This document shows positions 7,615 to 13,375 of a stretch of DNA of 13,375 bases, piece by piece. How positions within the stretch are numbered: position 1 is the stretch's first letter; the number at the start of each line of letters is the position of its first letter. Source of the DNA: Candidatus Thorarchaeota archaeon (GTDB lineage Archaea > Asgardarchaeota > Thorarchaeia > Thorarchaeales > Thorarchaeaceae). Location: positions 1-13,375 of the forward strand of contig PRDJ01000038.1 of NCBI GenBank assembly GCA_003345555.1, read 5' to 3'. Both the position numbers and the translations under genes were made by a program. The notes beneath the pieces are model-generated. The model was not told the DNA's origin. It saw only the letters and a program-made list of their open reading frames with translations, and did no database searches.

Positions 7615-9422
7615 GCAGACCCATCGTTGAGGAAGAAGACGAGAGGACTCATGAGTACCCTGACAGAACCCTCCTGAAGCGCATGGTCTTGTATCTCCTC
7701 GCATACAGAGGACTCTTCGCCGCAGACGTCGCTTTTGTCGCGATGGGCATAATCCTTGCAGTTTGGTCACCATTTGTTCTCAGACAGGCCATAGATGTCG
7801 ACTTTCCAAGCGCAACCTCTTCTGGCGACCTTTACCCACTGCTTCTCACATCAATCCTGTACACAGTCATCCAACTTCTAAGTTGGGTATCGAGCTACGG
7901 CTCAGGGTATCTGGTGGCGGTCATGGGTCAGAAAGCGGTTTACAGGATGCGGCAGGAACTCTATCAGCATCTGCAGAGGATGTCGCAGAACTTCTATGAC
8001 CACACGTCGAGCGGCAGAATCCTCTCGAGACTGACGAACGACATTGACAAGGTAAGCGAGTTTCTGGCGGGCGAATTGATAGATACCTTTGCCCAGCTCT
8101 TCGTAGTTGTGGGAATCGGCATTGTCATATTCACAGTTGACGTGCAGCTCGCCTTCATTTCACTTACCGTCGTGCCGATGCTTGCAGTATCAATGCTGTA
8201 TTTCAGAGCGAAGATGAGGACAGCATATCGGAGCACCAGAAAGACCATTTCCAGCGTGACTTCGAACTTGGCAGAAAGCATCTCCGGCGCGAAAGTGACG
8301 AAGAGCTATGCCAGAGAACAAGTCAGCAGTGCGCGATTTGCGGAACTGAACAGAGCAGACTATCAGTCGAATGTTGATGCTTCGAAGGCAACATCAACGT
8401 TCTTCCCGGTCGTGAGGTTCATTGGCAGCATTGGAGTAGTCCTCATGCTCGCCTTCGGCGGGATGAGGCTTCTTCAGGGAACCCTAACTCTCGGGACTCT
8501 TGTGCTTTTCATACAGTTCAACGACCAGTTCTTCCGCCCCATGCTAACGATTACAAACTTCTATAATACGGTGCAGAGCGCGTTTGCGGGATCGGAGCGC
8601 ATATTCAGTATCATGGACACAAGACCGACAGTATTGGATGCGCCCGATGCCAGACAGATGCCTGAAATAAGAGGGCACATCACCTTCTCTGATGTAACGT
8701 TCAGCTACATCGAAGGCAGGCCAATCTTGGTCAACTTCAATCTCGACATCCTTCCCGGAGAGGCAGTTGCGATAGTTGGAAACACCGGAGCAGGTAAGAC
8801 AACAATCGTCAACTTGCTGAACAGGTTCTATGATGTCAACTCTGGGTCAATCGAAGTCGATGGAATCAACATTTGTTCCGTGACGCAGGACTCACTAAGG
8901 TCAAGGATTGGCCTTGTTCTACAAGAGCCATATTTATTCCAAGGATCCGTCAGAGAGAACATAAGATACGGCAAGCCAACTGCGACGGATGACGAGGTCA
9001 TCAAGGCAACTGAAGCCATTGGAGCAAAAGCGATTTTCGAGAACCTAGAAAATGGACTCGACACACAGGTCGGCGAGAGAGGCGCGCGACTTTCCGAGGG
9101 AGAACGGCAGCTGGTTAGCTTTGCCCGAGCACTTCTTGCGAATCCCAAGATACTCATACTTGACGAAGCAACCAGTTCTGTCGACATCTACGTGGAACAC
9201 ATGATACAGAGGGGACTAAAGGCACTGCTCAAAGGCAGAACCTCGATTGTAATCGCACACCGGCTCTCAACTATATTGAACGCAGACAGGATTCTAGTTG
9301 TTGACAACGGCAGAATTGTCGAGTCTGGAACGCATACTCAGCTAATGAACAAAAAGGGCACTTACTACTCGCTTTACGAATTGCAGATTAGGCCGGGTGC
9401 AGCTCCCGTTCTCGCAAGATGA
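7611..9422 (+). CDS. ABC exporter subunit 2 (fused TMD-NBD; TM288-like half of a heterodimer)
   Basis: GTG start overlaps the upstream TGA (GTGA), with AGGAGGA upstream. Walker A GNTGAGKTT, degenerate signature LSEGE, canonical Walker B ILILDE, H-loop IAHR. Confidence 0.95.
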   Translation: MSRPIVEEEDERTHEYPDRTLLKRMVLYLLAYRGLFAADVAFVAMGIILAVWSPFVLRQAIDVDFPSATSSGDLYPLLLTSILYTVIQLLSWVSSYGSGYLVAVMGQKAVYRMRQELYQHLQRMSQNFYDHTSSGRILSRLTNDIDKVSEFLAGELIDTFAQLFVVVGIGIVIFTVDVQLAFISLTVVPMLAVSMLYFRAKMRTAYRSTRKTISSVTSNLAESISGAKVTKSYAREQVSSARFAELNRADYQSNVDASKATSTFFPVVRFIGSIGVVLMLAFGGMRLLQGTLTLGTLVLFIQFNDQFFRPMLTITNFYNTVQSAFAGSERIFSIMDTRPTVLDAPDARQMPEIRGHITFSDVTFSYIEGRPILVNFNLDILPGEAVAIVGNTGAGKTTIVNLLNRFYDVNSGSIEVDGINICSVTQDSLRSRIGLVLQEPYLFQGSVRENIRYGKPTATDDEVIKATEAIGAKAIFENLENGLDTQVGERGARLSEGERQLVSFARALLANPKILILDEATSSVDIYVEHMIQRGLKALLKGRTSIVIAHRLSTILNADRILVVDNGRIVESGTHTQLMNKKGTYYSLYELQIRPGAAPVLAR

Positions 9423-9468
9423 TGCTGCATCCGAGAGTTCGGGAGCTTTCACACGGCTCAAGTTGGCA

Positions 9469-10221
9469 TTATGTGTGATCAGGTTCGTCGTCTTCATCAC
9501 AACATGGCGACTGGTCCGACATGTGGTGTAAATCCCTGAACATCCTATGAGAGCTTGGTCCGCAGATCATTCCCATAGCCCTGTCGACCATTGGACCGAT
9601 TCTTCCTAACTCGTCTAGACCCATGATGCCATCTCCAGCCAAGACAATGCTTCTTCCGTCCTTGTTTCTGATTGCCACGCCAGATTTGCCAAGAGACACG
9701 GTACGGCCATCTTCCTCAACAAACACGTTGCTGTCCTTCATGAACACAATCCCTGATGGCCTGACCAACAGTGTGATTGGTTTCCCTTGCTCAGACTGAG
9801 CAAGGAGTATGGCATCGTTCTGCTTGGCGATTCGCACTTTGCGACCGCCGTTGAGACGGTGCTCAATAGCATCATCCACTGCGTGCAGGAAAGCCGGGGC
9901 GTCTGCATAGCCGCAGGCTTTCAGAACATTATCAGAAGCAGACCCTGAAACATTCTCGATAGCAGTCTTTCCGATGTAGATCTGGATACCCTTGAGCGAC
10001 CCTGACACGGACCGTCCAACGGCACCGGTACAGGTCTCGGTGATTGCGTCGATTGCGAACTTCGAGGGGCCAGAATAGGCAATGCCGACTCGCTCTCCGT
10101 CATGCAAGAGGTATGTCCAGGCACAACCCGGTTCAACCTTGACATTGGCCTTCTCATGCGAAATCAGATCTAGCGTCGAAGATGTGGTCATCACGGTCTG
10201 ATCATGCGTAAAACCTGTCAC
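9469..10221 (-). CDS. Hypothetical beta-rich soluble protein with a His/Cys/Asp-rich C-terminal tail
   Basis: 250-aa ORF filling the gap between two genes. The GTG start overlaps the upstream regulator's stop (GTGA). An alternative start is ATG 10191. I recognise no family. Confidence 0.7.
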   Translation of the reverse strand: MTGFTHDQTVMTTSSTLDLISHEKANVKVEPGCAWTYLLHDGERVGIAYSGPSKFAIDAITETCTGAVGRSVSGSLKGIQIYIGKTAIENVSGSASDNVLKACGYADAPAFLHAVDDAIEHRLNGGRKVRIAKQNDAILLAQSEQGKPITLLVRPSGIVFMKDSNVFVEEDGRTVSLGKSGVAIRNKDGRSIVLAGDGIMGLDELGRIGPMVDRAMGMICGPSSHRMFRDLHHMSDQSPCCDEDDEPDHT

Positions 10222-10907
10222 TCGTGATCATCTCCTTCGCTCTCGGTAACCTTGCCTTCATCTTCGAAAGACACATTGACTTTGCCCTCTCCGTTCTCCC
10301 CGGTTCGGGTACGCTGTGCTTCGACCCGCCCCGTCAGCCACTGTGCGAGACGATATGCGAGCCGTCCTTCAACGGTGACGTAGTAGGTGCCACGCACCTC
10401 GCCTTTGATTATGTAACCCGCCTCTAGAAGAGGTGCTAAGTGATGCATCAGGGAACTCCCCGTTTTGCCAGTCAGCGTCTCTAGCTCATTGAAGGACTTG
10501 CCGCCTTCCTTCAGAAGGTCTATTATCTTCAGGCGTTCTTCACTTCCCAATGGGCTGACTGCTCTGGCAACGCGGTCAGGTGGAATAGTCTCAATGCGTC
10601 TACGTGCTTCTCGCCCCATGTGCGTAATCCTAAACGGAGGACCTCTCACGCATCCATGAATGCCTGCGTCCTTCATCGACTTCCGTATTTGCTCGCCAAG
10701 ACCCTCCATCATCTCGTCTAGGCCTTCAGTCACGCCTCGTAGATCAATCACAGCGTCCATACGTGGGTGATGTGGTTCACGGAACCTTTGTCCGCCCAGT
10801 CTGTATGGTTTTTCTTCTCGAAGATGCTCCAGCTCGGCCTTGAGTTGCTCCTTAAGCTTTCGCACTTCCTCGAGCTCTTTCTTGATAGCGTCAATATCAT
10901 CGCTCAT
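10218..10907 (-). CDS. ArsR-like winged helix-turn-helix regulator with an N-terminal coiled coil
   Basis: GGGTGA ribosome-binding site upstream. Heptad-like N-terminus (IDAIKKELEEVRKLKEQLKAELEHL). wHTH segment LGSEERLKIIDLLKEGGKSFNELETLTGKTGSSLMHHLAPLLEAGYIIKGEVRGTYYVTVEG. Confidence 0.85.
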   Translation of the reverse strand: MSDDIDAIKKELEEVRKLKEQLKAELEHLREEKPYRLGGQRFREPHHPRMDAVIDLRGVTEGLDEMMEGLGEQIRKSMKDAGIHGCVRGPPFRITHMGREARRRIETIPPDRVARAVSPLGSEERLKIIDLLKEGGKSFNELETLTGKTGSSLMHHLAPLLEAGYIIKGEVRGTYYVTVEGRLAYRLAQWLTGRVEAQRTRTGENGEGKVNVSFEDEGKVTESEGDDHE

Positions 10908-10961
10908 TCATAGTCACCCTATGCTTGGATTCAAGGTTGAACCGTGCGGTCATCCTTGAGG

Positions 10962-11022
10962 TTGCACTGTACAGTAATACATTTGCTTATAACTGTTCGG
11001 TTTCTGTACAGTTGTAGTGCAA
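10962..11022. promoter_or_regulatory. Putative promoter/operator: TTATAA box flanked by two CTGTACAG palindromes
   Basis: ACTGTACAGT at 10966-10975, TTATAA at 10987-10992, CTGTACAG at 11004-11011, with outer inverted arms TTGCAC (10962-10967) and GTGCAA (11017-11022). It lies upstream of the wHTH gene. Confidence 0.55.
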
Positions 11023-11137
11023 AAGAAGGCCGCGACAGAAACGTGCCACTTCCAGAGCAGGCTCAAAGAGACGCAATAGCAGAGGTTTCTCTTGGAGCAC
11101 CAGGCTCATAATATTGCTAAGAAAGTGAGTCTTATCA

Positions 11138-11464
11138 TTGACGCGAAGGGAAGTAGGCGGTCGAGGCGGCCTCTTGGATAGCGGGACTGAACCACGGAGA
11201 TTGCGTGACTCGAGATCAATAGGCCGCCCAATACTGGTTCTAGGATTGGCCACCATGATTCTTCTTCTGATCCCGATAGCCAGAGGCATTCTGTCAATGA
11301 TACTGCTGCTTGCATCAATCATAGTGGCCCCGACTCTTCTATTGCGTTCTGGGCAAATCACAATGCCTCAATTCATGTTTCATTACCATGGATCAAGGAC
11401 CTTGGTCACGGACGAGATTGGGAAGGAACTGTCAGAACCAACAAGAACACGAAAACCGGATTGA
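11138..11464 (+). CDS. Small hypothetical membrane protein (two-helix hydrophobic hairpin)
   Basis: 108-aa ORF with a TTG start. Central hydrophobic hairpin PILVLGLATMILLLIPIARGILSMILLLASIIVAPTLLL with charged ends. AT-rich CATAATATT lies about 25-30 nt upstream. Confidence 0.55.
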   Translation: MTRREVGGRGGLLDSGTEPRRLRDSRSIGRPILVLGLATMILLLIPIARGILSMILLLASIIVAPTLLLRSGQITMPQFMFHYHGSRTLVTDEIGKELSEPTRTRKPD

Positions 11465-11506
11465 GAGTAAGCTAGTGACAGTCTGCTATTACTCGAATCG
11501 GGGATT

Positions 11507-12034
11507 CTACTTAGCCAATTCTGAAAAGCAAGTCGAGCAGAAGCTATCGGGCTTGCGGTCAGTGTCCCCCAAGGAATTCGAGAACCGCATCACGCAGTAG
11601 TTCCTGCAATGCTCTAGGCCGAATACATGACCAAGTTCATGAAGTGTCTCCTTGGCAACACGTTGGAAGAAGAGCTCGGGATCCTCCGGTCCTCCGTAGA
11701 ACGCAGGATTGAGTCGCGGCAGAGCGACAATCGCATTTCCGCCGTATTGAGCGACCCCAAACACGAAGTTGAGCTTCGAGACAAACAAATCGAGATTCAC
11801 CAGAGCGAACCCGTGGTCTCCCGAGGGCACATGTTGTTCCAAGACGCCGAGAAAGAAATCTGCGAGGTATTGCAACCGGTTCGGGACGTATGAGTTCGTC
11901 GGAGGATCTAGTTCGGTGGACTCGATACTAATCTGAATAAGGTCCTTTGGCACTCTACCAAGAACCGCACTCGGCAATTCCCTAAGTAAGCTCTCGGAGA
12001 CTTTTCCGAAGCGGCAGAAGTGAACTACATTCAA
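11507..12034 (-). CDS. amzA: Archaemetzincin, Zn-dependent metalloprotease (peptidase M54)
   Basis: HELGHVFGLEHC-x3-CVMRFSNS...CSTC: the extended metzincin Zn motif, Met-turn and the Cys4 second Zn site. Also LNFVFG. TTG start with AGGAGTGA 6 nt upstream. Confidence 0.93.
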   Translation of the reverse strand: MNVVHFCRFGKVSESLLRELPSAVLGRVPKDLIQISIESTELDPPTNSYVPNRLQYLADFFLGVLEQHVPSGDHGFALVNLDLFVSKLNFVFGVAQYGGNAIVALPRLNPAFYGGPEDPELFFQRVAKETLHELGHVFGLEHCRNYCVMRFSNSLGDTDRKPDSFCSTCFSELAK

Positions 12035-12145
12035 GACTAATCACTCCTGGGTCTCGATGTGAGGACTCAAATGTAATGGTTGCGGCCGTGCTGGAAAATT
12101 CCCCTTTGCCCCAAGTGAACTGCAATCCGCGCTTCTCAAAAAGTG

Positions 12146-13087
12146 CTAGGCTTGATTGACCTGACCGCAACTTTGACAGGTGTAAGACTCACCAGGCATC
12201 AGAGCCTTCGGGAAGGGCTTTCCACAGTGTTGGCACCGCTGTACAATTGAGCCTTCCGAGCGCATCAATGTGGCGGCCTTCACCGCATCCAGAGATATGA
12301 ATTCGTCAGTATCAGGGTCGAACCGGCCGGTCACGGAGCCGGATCCGACAAGCTCGAATACAAGCTCTCTAGTATCATCGATCGGCAATCCCGAGTACGG
12401 CACGAGTTTGTCCATACTAATCCTGGTCTGTGATCTGAGCACGCCCAGAACTTTCTTCCTTGTGCTGTCTTGAGTGTCCTGGGACAGTGCTTTGATGTGT
12501 GACTGTGCGGCTGCAATTGTTGCGGCTTGAGTCTCTAGAGTGCGTGCGTCAATCCAAGCTATTTGCTTCTTGTACTGCTGGATGGCTGCCACTGAAGAAC
12601 CCATCAGGGTCTTGTCAGCTTTGAGCCTTACGCGCCGTCCTATCTCGGCCTCCTTTAGACTCCGGCAGGTCAAGAGAGCGGAAATGTCAAGCTCTGTTAG
12701 CGGGTTTCCAGCCACGAATACCTTCTGAAGGAGCATGTGGTTCTTAATCGGTGATAGGTCTAGCCTGGTGAGCATGTTGTCTTTCAGGTCGATTGCTTCG
12801 AGACGTGTCAAGTCCTTCAACGGCGAGAGATCTATGCTCTGGAGCCTGTTCTTCTTCAGGGCAAGAACTGTCAGCTGAGGGCATGCAGCTAGCGGTGAGA
12901 GATCCACGTTGGTTAGCTCATTACTGTTCAGAAGGAGACGTGTCAGGCGAATACAAGCTCTGAGAGGCGCGAGATTGACTGCGGCAAGCCCTCTGCCCGT
13001 CATGTCAATTGTAGGGATGTTGCAGTTGACACGAATAGATTTCGTCTTACCGCCATGTTCCGTGAACGGAATTTCTACGTCTGGCAC
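12146..13087 (-). CDS. Leucine-rich repeat protein with a C-terminal PCI-like winged helix and Zn ribbon
   Basis: Five 24-aa LRRs (aa 24-143, e.g. LTVLALKKNRLQSIDLSPLKDLTR), a helical linker, a PCI-like segment (aa ~209-266) and CQHC-x15-CQSC at the C-terminus. GTG start. Confidence 0.85.
   Translation of the reverse strand: MPDVEIPFTEHGGKTKSIRVNCNIPTIDMTGRGLAAVNLAPLRACIRLTRLLLNSNELTNVDLSPLAACPQLTVLALKKNRLQSIDLSPLKDLTRLEAIDLKDNMLTRLDLSPIKNHMLLQKVFVAGNPLTELDISALLTCRSLKEAEIGRRVRLKADKTLMGSSVAAIQQYKKQIAWIDARTLETQAATIAAAQSHIKALSQDTQDSTRKKVLGVLRSQTRISMDKLVPYSGLPIDDTRELVFELVGSGSVTGRFDPDTDEFISLDAVKAATLMRSEGSIVQRCQHCGKPFPKALMPGESYTCQSCGQVNQA
12659..13018 (-). repeat. Five tandem 24-aa (72-nt) leucine-rich repeats
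   Basis: Units: IPTIDMTGRGLAAVNLAPLRACIR / LTRLLLNSNELTNVDLSPLAACPQ / LTVLALKKNRLQSIDLSPLKDLTR / LEAIDLKDNMLTRLDLSPIKNHML / LQKVFVAGNPLTELDISALLTCRS. Confidence 0.9.
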
Positions 13088-13375
13088 TCTTCATTCGCCT
13101 TCCCAAACTCGACTTTCCGACATATCACTCATTTGTCTTCCGGTTAATCGAGTGGCGCCTGCTGTGAACCGAATCCAAGGGTGTTACAGAAGAAACGGAA
13201 AGCTAGGACCATCATCGTCCTACCACTTGCCACGGGCGTGTCCGTGATACCAGTCTCTGTTCATTGAGCAAGGCGAGACCCCGCAATCAGAAGCTGTTTC
13301 AGGGCCGATAACCCACTAATGCCCTGAGCCCGACGTATCTGAAGTTACGTTTCCAGATGGACCCTGACGAGTCGG

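Noticed and set aside
5192-11002. Shared 9-mer TGTTCGGTT in two divergent intergenic regions (5192-5200 and 10994-11002)
   Set aside because: One 9-bp match between regions of this size is plausible by chance, and the flanking context differs.
10987-11361. Minus-strand ORFs 10987-11361 and 11106-11318
   Set aside because: They are antisense shadows of the hydrophobic plus-strand ORF and run across the putative promoter, with no recognisable motifs.
147-13247. The remaining short ORFs in the track (e.g. 771-1040, 2948-3241, 3596-3874, 7074-7445, 8828-9187, 12909-13247)
   Set aside because: They are nested in or antisense to well-supported genes and show no family motifs.
13361-13375. CTGACGA near the window end matches the hammerhead ribozyme core CUGANGA
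   Set aside because: There is no upstream NUH plus stem I pairing, the GAAA half would lie outside the window, and the motif is expected by chance about once per 4 kb per strand.
1-13375. tRNA, rRNA, CRISPR array, transposase/integrase or defence-system genes
   Set aside because: I saw no cloverleaf or rRNA-like segments, no regularly spaced direct repeats, and no recombinase or nuclease motifs other than nth.

Overview
A gene-dense archaeal chromosomal segment with 14 probable CDSs. I found no rRNA, tRNA, CRISPR array or mobile element. The 24-aa 'LxxLxLxxNxLxxIDLSPL' leucine-rich repeats, a PCI-like winged helix, an archaemetzincin and GGAGTGA/GGGTGA-type ribosome-binding sites point to an Asgard archaeon, probably Thorarchaeota-like (inference, no database search). 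Contents in order: a sugar-phosphate isomerase/epimerase TIM barrel; a large type I membrane surface glycoprotein with a strong terminator hairpin; a membrane-tethered winged-HTH regulator; a DUF420-like membrane protein; a small Zn-ribbon protein; endonuclease III; a flavodoxin followed by a heterodimeric TM287/288-like ABC exporter; an overlapping pair of a coiled-coil/winged-HTH regulator and an unknown beta-rich protein behind a symmetric promoter; a small membrane protein; archaemetzincin; and an LRR + PCI-like + Zn-ribbon protein. The most notable observations are the LRR-PCI-Zn-ribbon architecture next to a protease, a 45-aa insertion in one ABC ATPase domain that looks like three extra copies of the adjacent beta-hairpin, and the regulator/partner module with twin palindromes flanking a TATA box.
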